Below are positions 33,701 through 47,300 of a stretch of DNA of 64,000 bases, one piece after another. This stretch comes from Phoronis australis. Lineage: Eukaryota > Animalia > Phoronida. Below the pieces are notes generated by a model. It was given only the letters and a program-made list of their open reading frames with translations, made no database searches and was not told the DNA's origin. Numbering within the stretch: position 1 is the stretch's first letter; every line of letters begins with the position of its first letter. The DNA is taken from contig NMRA01000047.1 in the NCBI GenBank assembly GCA_002633005.1, forward strand, positions 498,913-562,912, written 5' to 3'. A program made the position numbers and the translations under genes.

Positions 33701-36700
33701 CCAGTGCCTCTTCCTGTTGAATTTGAAGCAATCAATGAACTCCATTTTGTCCATGTTTTTGTCATGTAATTTGTGAGGGTAACTCATTGCATTAAAAAAT
33801 AAATTTAACAAAAGGTGTTACCCAAAAACAGCAACAAAACAATGGCTCTCAAAAGTTGTTCTGCATGGGTTTAACTTGTTACTTTGTGATCATAACAATA
33901 TCTTTTTGGATGCCATTGCCAAATGTTTGCAGTGGCTATGTACAGAACCCATGATCTTAGATTTCTTGGTATTTTTTATGTTTTATGACAAAGTTGCCAG
34001 TCTGAACTGCGCAGGACACCTATCAGTGTAATCTCTCTACCATTTCAGGGTTGTCACCTATCAGTGTAATCTCTCTACAATTCCAGGGTAGTCACCTATC
34101 AGTGTAATCTCTCTAACATTTCAGGGTAGTCGCATTGAACAAGAAAAACTTCTCCTGGCAAGCACCACACTTTACGTGGGTAATCTATCTTACTTCACGA
34201 CAGAGGAGCAAATACACGAGCTGTTCTCACGTGCAGGAGATGTGAAACGAATCATTATGGGACTAGACAAGTTTCACAAGACACCTTGTGGATTTTGTTT
34301 TGTGGAGTATCCATTTTTTCTGCGCGTCCTGTTGGCTTGTGCGTCCATACTGATAGGAATGCTCTTGTCAGCTGTGGTCATTGGAGATGTGATGGAAGAC
34401 TTGGTATTCATTTTGTGGTGTTCTGAAAAGATGCAGTAAAACTCCCGTTTATGAATTGGATTTTTGGTCAACTCAGGCGAAGTTCAGCGATACAGTTGTA
34501 GTTCGCACACTCAATCGTTCTGAAAGCTTTTTTTGGGAAAAATTCAGTTTAATCCAACTATTGCAAGTTTTACTGTACAATACTACCAATTTGGTTTGTT
34601 GAAAACAACGAGAAGTGATCTCTTCCACTCCATGGGCATTTGTGGAATGGTCGTTTCACTTACTAGTGTTAGATAAAAGCAAATGCATTGTCAGTGCATG
34701 GTTTTATGAGTGAAATCTTACGAGAGAGCTGATCAATTTGTGGTTGTTATAGTCAGTAGGTTTTACATGGTTCCATCTACCTCATGGACCAAATGTAGTG
34801 CCTTTTAATTTCTTCTGCAGCTGCTTTACTTAAGTGAAATGATTGGCAAAGACCAATGTTTTTTGAGCTGAGCCCCAAAACAGATTTGATCTCACGGCAT
34901 GATTGGCCGCAATTGGGCACTTTGGTAGAAGAGCTAAACCCTACTTGGTAAGTAGACTTCTCAGTTCTTATAACACATTCAAGTGTTTACCTTAAAAACC
35001 GTGTGTTCTATAAGAACTGAGTTGTTAAATCATGCAGACATCCAGGTGAGACTTTTTGGTGAGGTAGCTAAGTATTTTAAGCATATTTTTTCTGATGGAA
35101 TCATTGGCCTGGATTTCAGCAAATGACTGGCAGCCAACGGTGAGAATTGGCGATTTTTGAAACGCAATAGATTCTGTTATTTTGTAACTCTTGTCAAAGC
35201 TCATAATTTCAAGAAGTCTAACAATTATCCCCGAATTGCGTTTTTAGCCCTAAAACCAATTATGTCCTTTTAAAGATTTGTCTCCAAAGCAACTGCAACA
35301 ATCTGCAATGGTTGATTGATTCAACGAGTAGTTTTTGATCACTACTGTCTGCACTATGTGACGAGTAGCTGCTGGCATGACACATCGAAAATAGCCAAAT
35401 CCAGTGGATCAAGTTTTACGTGTTAGCTTTTTAGGCAATGCAAGAGCTAGCGAGATCAAAGCAAATATTGATTGGAGTGAAGAAAACGAACAAAAGTGAG
35501 CTGACCTTCGGGGTGAAAATAGAGATGTTCTGGGTGAGATAGCTGATAGCTTGTTTCATCGGGTAAAATGCTTAATATTTCTAGTATTGTGGTGTTTGCT
35601 GGATTTGAAAGTGTTTAATCTGGGCTAGACAACACTCGTTGATATCTGGTTAAATATACCCAATGCAATAATGTAGTCTCCAACACTTGGCATGCAGGTT
35701 GCATGACACCCCTGCAACTGCAACGGGGTGTCCTGCTGTGTGACGCAGTGTCGCTTGACCGTTGCATTAGAAAAATTCCTATGTGCAGACAAACCTTTAG
35801 CTGCACTTCAAGTTGATTTATACCAGATTGAAATTGCACCTTCAGTGTGACTGTTTTATTTAGCCCTTGCAAGGTATTCAAATCACCTTAACTCAGTTTA
35901 AGATATTACTCACGAGACGATGCAGAAAATTGCGTGCGTTACATTAATGGCACTCGGCTTGACGACAGGATAGTGCGCACGGACTGGGACGCTGGCTTCA
36001 AAGAAGGTCGACAGTATGGACGCGGGAAAGGGGGTGGACAGGTAAGAGAATGGTGGAAGTAAGGGGGTGGACAGGTAAGGTGGTGATGGAAGTAAAGGGG
36101 TAGACAGGTAAGGTGGTGATGGAAGTCACTGTGATGACTAGTGCTAATTTCATTTCAGGCAATCTTTCCTCATGAACCACGCATTTGTTTCATGAATTAG
36201 TTGTTTTTATCACAAACTTTTCTCTCTTTGACTACAGTTCTGTTGGTGTCATTAGAAACTTGACCTGTTTCACGATGCTTTGTACTTTATACATAGATTT
36301 GCGGAAATAAATTGCAACATTGTGCACCAAAACTAGGGCTTCTTTAAGTGTTTGGCTTCTGAAATTGAGTTTCTGTTGAAAAGTTAGGTTAGGGTCATTT
36401 TGTCCCCAAATAAATGAAACAAAATTAGCCAAGTGATGAAAGTGGCTTTGTTTGATTACCAGTATTTCAATCTAGACTGATGTGTTCGCTTTAATGTATT
36501 TATCATGGTAGATACTTGGCATACGAGTCATGAAACTGCACATACACCTGAAAAACCAGTGGACTAGATTGATATCTGGATTTGAAAACCGTCGTCTTCT
36601 GGAGTTGTAACAAAACGAGAGATGTTTGTAAATGTAAACACAGTTTTTCCTTGTGAATTGTGATTGTATTTGCTTGTAGTACATAGTTGATGCATTGCAT

Positions 36701-37283
36701 CAGGCATAGACTTGCTGCACCATCCTGTCTGACAGTGATAAGCACTGTTGCCTGTACTGTGTATAAACTTAATGGTAACTTATTCATGTTCATACAGTTT
36801 CATCAACTTCCTTTTTGCATCATATGCCTTGTACAACTTGCAGCTATCGTATATGTGTGCGTGTGCATGTGCGTGTGTCTGTGTAAATTAGGTAAATAGG
36901 GCTATTAGAAGGTGTGCTTATGTCCGGAACTAGGTGCATACACCTATATTTGAACCATAGGAGTGAAATCATGCTTTAAATTGATGCCTCTCATATAGGC
37001 ACACCCTCATATATTTTTCGTTAAATATTCTCCTCTATTAGGCTTGCCTAGTGAAGTGTACACAGGACACCCACCTGCGCCTAGAAACTAAACTTGACTT
37101 ACATTCCAAACTCTCGAGTGAAAATTTTTCTTAACAAAAACAATATTATTTTTGTCACATTAACGTAGATGTGGAACTCTTTCTCTTTTCCAGGTGAGAG
37201 ATGAATATCGAACAGATTACGACAGTGGGCGTGGTGGTTATGGAAAGATAGTGCAAAATAAGATGCAGAAACACAATACCTGA
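30781..37283 (+). CDS. NCBP2: Nuclear cap-binding protein subunit 2 (CBP20), 4 coding exons, 160 aa
   Basis: Exons 30781-30852 ([12 protein letters not shown]), 34125-34306 ([23 protein letters not shown]...[10 protein letters not shown]), 35903-36041 (YYSRDDAE...[22 protein letters not shown]), 37194-37283 ([18 protein letters not shown]...TGA). Total 483 nt in frame. Confidence 0.96.
33000..33086 (-). pseudogene. Truncated THAP zinc-finger N-terminus, probably a DNA-transposon relic in NCBP2 intron 1
   Basis: [27 protein letters not shown] fits the THAP start M.xC.x.GC.N...G..(F/Y)HR; the remainder of the domain is absent. Confidence 0.55.
34017..34131. repeat. 38-bp tandem triplication of the NCBP2 exon-2 acceptor
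   Basis: CACCTATCAGTGTAATCTCTCTA..ATT.CAG|GGT.GT x3; CAG ends at 34048, 34086 and 34124. Confidence 0.92.
34307..35902 (+). other. U12-type (minor spliceosome) GT-AG intron 2 of NCBP2
   Basis: 5' site GTATCCATTT; branch point CCTTAAC at 35886-35892, 10 nt before the 3' splice site; no polypyrimidine tract. NCBP2 is a known minor-intron gene. Confidence 0.85.
36028..36126. repeat. 33-bp tandem triplication of the NCBP2 exon-3 donor
   Basis: GGGGT.GACAG|GTAAG...GGAAGT x3; GT at 36042, 36075 and 36108. Confidence 0.9.
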
Positions 37284-40200
37284 GTGACACACAATTGTGT
37301 GACTTGAGCCTCTCATTGGACCATTTCATTCATTAACCTATGGAAGATAGCAGAGACATTCCAACATTCGTACATAAGAGCTTCATCTTTATTTGTTTTT
37401 CTTGCTCGACCCTGTCTTCAGTTCTGGAACTCACTCATTAAGCAAATGTCGGATACATTTTGAATTTAAACTCATCTCTTCGGCGTCGAACTACAGGGGA
37501 CTGTTTGATCGAAGGTCATTAGCACAGATTTTATATGTTTGACAATGCAGTTGTTTTGGATGATGGTCAATGTACATGGATGACGTGTGCGTGTACGAGT
37601 CATAAAACAGTGCCGACTTTGCAATATGCCAGTAACTATCGTAGCTAGGTCTAGGCATGCGACCATTCAGGCATTAAAATCCACGGTTCGTTCAAGCATT
37701 TAACTTCGTAAGTTGCTAGAACAGTAGCTTGACCACGTAGTCTAATGGTGAGCAAAACTCTCATGACCTGTCTAAAATTGAGACTAATGATGTCAGCAGT
37801 TAAATCAGTGTTACTGCTCTATTGGTTTCTTTGACTTGCCAGTGTTGCAATTTTGGGATTTGGAATTATGGGTAATTAAGATCATTAAAACTGTTCACGG
37901 ATACAGAAACTGGGTAGACTAGTGTTGTAAGGCCTTCTTGATACTTTGTACTAACTTGTTACCACACTGGCGCAGAGAAACACTGAAGTTGTTGCGGGTA
38001 ATTGTTTGTAAATTAACGTATCTGAAAACAGTCTTTTTGTTGTGGAGGGTTATGGAGGACCCTAGAAAAATGGCCAATTTCAGAACATCACGTGTCGGAA
38101 ATGCTGATCAGATTCAATATCAATGCTGTTTTTAAATTGCTTCACTTTTGCACAAAGGGTTCTCAAAAATAGCTCTTTTAAGGCATTCATGCAAAAAATC
38201 TGAAGTTGTATAAAACAAAAATAAAATATTAGGAAACTGTGACAGCTTTTTTGAGGTTTCATGTTGAACATTTATATCAAATAAAATTTGGTCACGTTAT
38301 GGATACCGCTGTTTTGCCATCAATGTACCTTTCTTCTTGGCTAAATTTTAGCAAAACATGTTCACATGACCCAATTTATGATAGAATGTTAAAAAGTCAA
38401 AAACCAATTTCTATAGGATTTTTAATTTCAGATTAATTATGTATTTTTTCGTAATTAAAATGTAGAATTTTGTAGATATTTGTCTAAATACACACACATG
38501 TAGATGAAGTCCTACACAACCATAGCGGTAACACATGTATATTTGCTTCTTACAGTATGTTAAGAGCACCGCTTTTAACCCACTAGTGACATAAATTGCC
38601 AAATGTAACAAACTATTAGGCGTATTAGCTTCCTTTTGTCTACGTCACTGCGAAAATCACCTTTTAATTCAAACAGCTGCGAATAACACCTGCAGGCAAT
38701 GGTGTTCTATTCAGACCCATATTCAATACAACCTTTTGTTGTTTGTGCTGGGATCTTGCGGTGATGCAACATGGCACGAAAAGGCAGCTTCACTTATCAT
38801 TTGACGGGCTTACACTTGCGTGATTGAACTCGCGTTTTCTTATTTTACTAAGTCTGTGCTCGGACTATCTGGTTAGCCTAATACACCTAAAGTAACAAAT
38901 TTCCATTGAAGTTAGGCTTTAAGGGTACATTTGTTGCAAGTAAGTTGTCCCTCTTGCGAGCAACACAACTGTTTGGTATAATGCAGTAATTTTTTCAAAG
39001 CTAATACAGGTAATTTGCATATGGTGAAACTAGAATGACTTAGGCTGACAAAGCTCCGTAAGTTGAACGTAAACCTATCTTGTCTGATAATTTTAATGTC
39101 TCGTGAAATGATTTTTAGTAAGTACTCATTTTCCTACAATTGTGTTTTTATTATTATCAACAAGATTACATACACTAGAAAAGCTGTAAAAACAAGACAG
39201 TAAAATGGCAATGTACAGTTCAAGGTATAGAATAACACATAGTAAACTCTGGCAAATGAGCACAGGTGGTGAAAATATAAATAATTTTTCTCAAGAATTT
39301 AAGGTGGTGTGGGGGCACAAGATGGTGAATTTATACAATGTTCCATGCGCAGTACTTACATTGTAACTATTAGTCGTAATGCCATACTTACGGCAAGAGT
39401 TCTCAAATTGATATACACACACAGCATATCAATGGCAACATGTATGACATTCAAGGATCGGGTGACTTTCAATTACCCAGGTGGCACTGGTATGACTAAG
39501 GACTAGAACAGATAGATACAATAGTTACAGAGCTGTCTCCCTCGGTTGAATCGTACCTGGACTAACAGCTCAAGCAAGCTCAGCTGAAGTTCTCAGGTGT
39601 TAGCTATCTGCCTGCGCTGGCCCTAATGCCCTATAAGTACAAATGCATGCATTCAGGTAGTCCAAGTGGGATCCTTAGTCTACAGTGAACTGCAATCTGT
39701 TGTCGATCTAAAGAGGAGCCTTTACTCATTAGCAACACCTAATGTATGTAAAGTCACATTCCCTATTGATAGTGCACGCCTAACAACTAAGTATTGGTTA
39801 TATAAACACCTGAACAAAATAACAGTTACCACACAACCTGTTCCTAATACATTACTGATGTATTTTGCTGAAAGAATCTTAGGAATCCTGAAACTCTAAT
39901 TCACACCAAACTATACTATCAATAATTGTAATATTTAAAACAAATTAATGAACAATAGAATTCTCAGCAGTTTTCCCTAAGCTGATGATCTAATTACTCA
40001 TCATCAAAACATCCAGAAATGCATATAATGTTAATAAATTAGCTCTTAGAATAGTTGTGTCTTCCAACCAAAAGGACAAAGCACACTATCCAGCACAACA
40101 AAAATCATTTTTGTCACTGTCGCAAACAGTAGGGCATGTGTATGACACACGCCACAATGTCACTACAAAAGCGTAAAGCAATACTGATTACAATTGATGC

Positions 40201-41305
40201 TCTATTGTCACTTCCAACGAGTATAAATTAAGTAAGTTGAAAATGCACAAAATTAATGCCTATTAAACTAAATGTTAAAAAAAAAAACACTTAAATAATA
40301 CACTCAGAAATGTGACACAACCACCACCACTCTGAGGCTGTCTGGGAGACTTCGCCTTCTTCGTTCTAACGGATGACAAATTATGAGTCAAAACTGGAAA
40401 CTGACTCGTAACAACTGTTCAATCAAAGATGGGGTTAGTCAACTATAGAAGTATGTATGGTTCACAAATACTGTCATCGGAAGTTCACACTTTTGTGGTA
40501 TTTTTTATTCTTTAACAATGGCCAATGCTATTTTAGTTGCCACCAGTTTCGATTGGAAGCAAGGATGATGATGTCGCCACTTCCAGAGTCTAATGATTAC
40601 AGCAAGAAGTCTGGGCAGTGAAAAATGTATTATTTTCCTCAACATTCGAGCTAGAACAAGACAGATGACAAAGTTACCAATGTCTGAAATTTTAGTATGG
40701 TACTGGCTAAGCACACTTCAAGTTTCACACTTACTATGAATCAAAGGAGCACAAGTTTCATCATAATAGTTTACTATGGTAAAAATTCTCCAGCGTGGGA
40801 CAGAGGAAAATTATTTCCCTCAAGGTCAGGGTTTGTGTCAAAGAAATAGGCACTTTGGCTGTATAAAATGCAAGAATTATGATCAGCGACAAATGATCAT
40901 GCCAAAATTACCCATGTGGGAATCGAGAAAATTCAATTACGACTTGAATTTCAGTGTCCCAAATTTTAGAAACTGGCCTAAAGTGGACAATGTTTATTGT
41001 AGTCTGTCTATGCAACCCTTTTCTCAGATATCTGCATCTGGTTGCATCTGACTTGTGCTACTTTAATAAAAAAATTCAGGGATTCTTATTTGAAATCTGA
41101 GTGCTACACAATCTTAATTTAGCATTTATTTAATTAAATACCTTTAAAAAATAATATTGTGAACTATTTTCAACAGATACGCAATCCAGTCATCCAATAT
41201 CGTCCCTTAAAGGGCAGCCATGATCCGGCACTAATCACGCAGCAGTGTAAAACTCCACAACGATGTTGTACACTGAGGCAGAACTGTACAAAATCCATCA
41301 GTGAG

Positions 41306-44300
41306 TTACCAAAACACAACACGGTTGGTCGGATTCTGCACTTGGCGTTTCTTGACATTGCCTTGTTGCCTTCTGCTGTTGTTCACTCGGTTTACCACAG
41401 TTTGTTGTTGATACCGCTAAATAAAAGAAAAACGATACATTTGAGAAATATGAGTAAAATTTAAAGATACTAAAGCCTGTTCTGGTGATTTCAACAAGTC
41501 CTCGGTATGTCCTCTGCTAAGGCACCTGTGTCTGAATTACAAAAGAAGCATTCGACTGAAAACTCAGCGTGTCACAGAATGGATATTATTGTTCCTGGCG
41601 TGGGCTCTTTCTCAACAGTTGCTCGTGTAATTCACCTTAAGTGTAGGTCACGCTTGCCCAGTTAGCACACTTTGCTAGTTTTCAAAACTTACTCCAAGCT
41701 TTTGAGGGTCGATGAGGGTTACAGGGCATTATATTGTTACATAGAGCTGGATGGGAAAGCCGTTATCTGTTAATAGGCCAAAGCTGGGTTTAATATTCTT
41801 TTAAGGAGAAAAACAATTACCTTCTATCCTTATTCAGAACATCAAATATGTTTCCCAAAATTAATATTTTGAAGCCCGTTTGAGAATTAATACACTATGC
41901 GTGTATTTTTGTGTTAAGTTTTTAAAACTAGGTAGACTTTCCAGTCAAACCATACCCGCACCAGAGGAAGATCCTAAAACCAACTTCGATACTGCCTGGG
42001 GTGGTTTACATCTGAGTAGGAATGTCTATGCCTCCCCAATGGACAGACCCATTTCCCAGGTCACTGAGAAACTTTAATAACAGTCTCCTAGGAGTGCCAC
42101 TGCATATTTAAGAATGTTGAAAAACAACACAACTACACCTGGGCTGTAAAAGGTGTCATCAGGATCAGTATCGGGATAAAAATTCAGTTATAAAACATCC
42201 TTGATCAACCTGAAAATCCATCTTTGGAAATATTTTTTGCACAAATCATGTAGGTCAAAAATTTTTATTAAATGTTGGTAAGTCATATTCAATGTTCTTC
42301 CGCTGTCACAGGAAGCATGACTTGTCTTGCTTACCAAATGTGAAAAAAAATCAAACAAAAGTGAGAATTTTTCTCCACTTAATATACACACAAGCATTTC
42401 TGTTATTTTTAATATACTAACTTCAACAGAGAATTGTTATTTTTGAAACTTAACAGAAGTGTGTGTTGTTAAACTCGGCCAGGTTGTTGGTTGGCTATTA
42501 GGTTATGATGCTTCACAAAACTGTGCGTTGTCAGAAAGCTACTACAAAATGCTCTACATTTGGTAAGTGCGCAGAGATAAACAAAAGCATTAAAACAGGA
42601 GAAGGTCCCGGGTTAGAGTCCCTGTTGGGGCAGAAGTCTTTCCAAACTTATATTTATTAGGTCACCTGATGGCCACAGGTGGTGTGCTCACCAGACTTAG
42701 AAATGTGTGTGATAAAACAGGAAAAATGACTCGCAACAATTCATGGCCATGTGGTGAATTTCTGGTTGGCCAACAGAAATTCAAACCTCTTTCACACTAA
42801 TTTAGAGACTAATATCAGCTACTACCTCTGACACCAAGATCAACTCCAACAGGGCTCGTTTTAATCCTTGGGGGATCTAACCTAAAAATAAACTTGGAAG
42901 ACACTTTCAGGTTACAGTAATTATCTCTTATTATTAGGGAGACTCCTGACGGTTCTGGTCCACGGGCAGGCCCCAAGTAGCAGCTAATACTGACCCTGAA
43001 TACAATTGCAAACTGTAAACCACAGGAATTCAATTAAACTACTTACATTGTTCTTAAATACTCTCTTTCTGTTGCCTTTGCTATTCATAGTGCTGAACTG
43101 GAAGAAAACAAAACCGGCCAGTGACAGTTATGCATTAACAGATATTGTCTTCTAATATCAGACTGAGTTTGTCTTTATTATGAGCACTTCGTTGACTAAT
43201 TGCTGTTTCTAATAACATACCAAAAATGCACATTAATTCAATAAAAATAAATAGCAATTTGTGTTCAATAATATAAGGAATTCAATGTAGAGTTCACTCT
43301 CAATTTGTATCAAAGCCAAAAATTGACTTAGTAATGAAACTAAAACAGTATAATCGTTTTTTTCACAAGTTCACAAATACACAGTTTCAGGGAACTTAGT
43401 CGAGTCCCTATTTGGTACCGTTTCACACTGAGGTTTGCAGGGGAATAAACCTACTAGCAACCGAGCTCGTAAAAATGCGTCAAAATCATGGTTAGATAAT
43501 GCAGGGTTAAGCCTATCCTATCGGCACTCAAACATTGACTCAGACATTTGTTCCAGTTGTAGAACACCTAAAGGTGGCAAGAGAACAGGAACTTAAGCTT
43601 GACTGTTGACTCAGTGACCAAATCATTCATATAGGTTTCAAATAAAAAAGAGAAAATTACAAAAGATTCTCTATTTAGAGTCTGCCCATGTACATAAAAC
43701 TTGTATTCCCTTAGGTTTCACAAAAAGAGCTAAAAATATAAAGAAATTCCTGTGCAATCAATGTTGATTAGTCATGAACCTTGCAAGTACGCTAAACACC
43801 AGTTGTGTAAACATCATGGAGAATTCACGATTTCGAAAATACTTTTCAATCCTTTTAAGGCAACCGCATTAGTCAGATCAATTGTAACACAAACCAGTGA
43901 CAGTGACCTATTTAGTGTTCAAGGGCTTCTAACATTGTTGTGATTACATGCAATGGGAGACCTTGAAATAGAAACATGGCGACTGGTCATGTGGGACCTG
44001 ATGCCAGTGGCCTCTAGAGGCACTTTATAGGACACATCGCGTCTAATCACATACATTGTAAAAGGGTCTTTTTAAAAGCCAAACAATTCCCCTATGCCAC
44101 GCGATGCGAAGACATAGTAACTCCTGGTACAGCTATGTGGCGATATGAGTCACTTGTCATATGTGACCAGCCCTCATTGCTTCCTGAAAGTCTCCCATTC
44201 TCAAAACAGTGCCTGATGGTATCTACATTACAATATTTGTTGGGGATACTTCGCTTTTATGAAAATGAGAGAAAATTAATGTCCACTATATTATGTTCAA

Positions 44301-47300
44301 AAGAACGGTAAAATTCGCAAAAGTGGGATCCAACCAGACCAAAAGATTTCATAGCCTGAAGGCCATTTCACAAATTTTATACGAGGTTCACACAAGTGGC
44401 AAAACCCTAGTAGCTTCACCGGCTAAAACGCTAGGTTAACACTAGCGTTTTACCCAGACAGACAAGCTGCTCCAGAAGAGGTAATTTTCACAAGCAGTTT
44501 GTTTGTTTTCTCACCACCTGAGTCACTTGTGAGAGAAAAATAATGTCAAAACACGTTCACTCTGTCAACAATTAATTGATATGATGATAGAACAAATGCG
44601 CATATGTGTCCTTTAAAGTAAGCGATCTGGCTACAAAAGTGCAAGCAGAATCGCCAGTAGTTTTGGGTAACTTAAACTTCCAACAAAGCGCCAGCAAAAC
44701 TGACCTTTGCAAACATTCGCAGTACTGGCATTTTTGCTGCGAGGGAAAGTATTTGCAAAAACGCTAGCATTTTAACTAGCATATGAACCAGGCAGTGCTG
44801 TATTTTACAATTCTTGTCTTACATTTGTAGTGAAGGTGTTGGTATTCTGCTGTTGCCTTCTCTGCCGAGCCTGATTCGCTCGTTGTTTCTTCTGGATGAA
44901 CACCATCTGGTTGTTGGCTGCCTGGGGCTGCCTGCTGCGTCTGCCCTGTTGTTGCCGGAAGCGTGGCTGAGTGGTCTGCGTGTTCTGTCGGTAACTGGCT
45001 CCATACGGCTGTCTGGGCTTGTTGGTCTTCCACCTGAAATTGCACAGGAATTGAGTAGACTGCATTGAAGACTTTCAGTGATGTGTTTGTTTTTTTCAAA
45101 AGGCAACCAACCCCCAGGATATCAGAAGGTAAACAAAACAATTATTTGAAAGTTATGCGCTCAAAATCTTTGGCAGAGAATGTCAATTATCCAAAACAAC
45201 AAATTTTACATGCCTTTTTCAAAAACTACTACTATATTGCAGTAAGCTTCCCAGACCTGCTAATTTTTATCTAAAAGTTCACTCTACACGGTGAACAAGT
45301 GAAGATGGGCATTTCCATGGAAGTAAATTTCTCTCTTATACACAAGGTGGCAGCACAAGTCACATGAGACCAGTCGCCATTAAACTTAATAAATACTTAT
45401 AGATCAAAATGGCAGCACGTGAACCTTGGAGTAGCAGTTTATGGGATATCCTCACATCAATCCTTTCAAATCAACAAGTGACCGGAACTTTGTCTTTCTG
45501 CCCGAGTCAAGGAGGCCATTTCCCACAGTTCATTGCAGCTATGACTTCTTCCTCTATCCATATCAAGGTCAATTGTTTTGTGAATGTCTCAAAACAGCTC
45601 AACTGCCAGAAGGATTGCAAAGGACTTTGAGCAAAGTTTAACTAGCGCATGAACAGTGTGCATTTGCCATTGTTGATGTATGTTACATACACTTTGGGTC
45701 AAAATCACTTGCTAAAACCTCGGTCAAGTTGGCAAAACCTTGGGCAAATACACAGAAGAGTCCGTACTTAAAATTGAGCTATTAAACACTTTTGTGATAT
45801 CACGATCCACTTACTGCCTTTGCTGTGCCTTCTGTGGCTGTTGAAATGTCTGTCGCCTTGCCACGACCTGCTGTTGTGCCCTCTGTTGTCTTGCTCTCTG
45901 TTGCTGCGTTTTCTGTTGACGTGGTCCTTGTACAGGGCGTTGTCGTTGCTGTTGGATAATTACGTCAGATCTCATAAAACCGCCACTTTGGAAATTTCTG
46001 TTGAGTTTCCGTCGGTTCTGGCCTTGCTGCGACTGAGTCTGGTTCACCTGCAATGGCATGCATTAAGATCATTAATTGAAATAGATCAATCCAAACTTTT
46101 CCATGCTTTATAAATGTATAAGTACATTAAACTTGTACTGGCATCAAAAGAGCAACTCAAAAACTCCCCGCATTTACTGTCACCTCTGTGCGTTAATATT
46201 GAACAAATTGCTGACGTAAGACAGACATGACTATTCAAATCAATATTAATCCAGCTGCTTTAAAATCAAAATCAAAATGTCACTTTTGTTTGTCTCTAGT
46301 TGTTAAAGTGTCCCCAATGAAATATGATGATGGGCACTATACGACAAGGGTTCAGTTTGGTGGGTAATGCTATCAGGTGGGTAACTGTTGATCTACTGCT
46401 GCTTTTAGTTTACAGCAAAATTGTTCTATGACAAAATTAATAGGTAGATTTATAGTTCCTTTATTTTTTAAAAGCGGAATCTTGCATAAACTCTGAATTA
46501 CTATGTATTGGCAATTTTAAACATTCTAACAAACAGCATTTTGTATTTCCAACAGTTATGACCAGGAGGAATTCATCAGCTGATTTTACAACTAGTTTCT
46601 TCACCGTAAACTTGATTTTGTCAACAACAAAGTAGGCAAAGTTGATGACCCTTCCCAAAAGTAGTGACCTCACACTCTGTGCAACATTTACCTGCAGCCC
46701 ACGTCTCTTGGCGACCTGTTGACCTCGAGCCCGTTTCTGTTGCTGCTGTACAGCGGTCCTGCCGCCAAGGGTCTTCTTGGCTCTCTGGACCAATGCATTA
46801 GCTCTTACATTCCTGTTCTGTCGAGAAGTAGCATTACCCTGTAATCAACTCATTGTTAGTTGGTAAATTCATACAATCTCCAACTAAAAACAAAAACAAC
46901 CACTCGCATCAATTTCAGCCACTTCCTGTGTGCTTTTTATTCTGGAAAACTGCATAAAGGCACATAAGCAAGGATTGAAATTACATGTTTTGCTAAGCAC
47001 TGGGTAAAAACATATTAATCCCAGATCGCTTGCTGATCTTGTGTGGATTTACTTTACTAAAAAGGTGAGGAACTAAAATATACTGCACTACAGACTCGAC
47101 TCAAAAAAACAAAGACCAGAACCGACCATGTCTTTTTGTCCATTTATGAAAAACATCAATTTTGAGGTGTTTGGCCAACTTTTTCCAAATGTGCTCTGCT
47201 TCCTATCAATAACCAATTTTGAGTTAGTTTTCATTGTAAGGTTTTAATCAACGTGTTTTAAGGTTTTAATGTTGTCACCCAAATGAGAGCGAGATGCCCT

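Noticed and set aside
44776-45141. Overlapping ORFs in all three minus frames
   Set aside because: Low-complexity CAG/CAA-rich exon; only the WKTNKPRQ frame fits the splice phases of the FYTTD1-like gene.
46324-46400. ATGATGA C-box-like motif suggesting a C/D snoRNA
   Set aside because: Antisense to the host gene, with no well-placed CTGA D box or terminal stem.
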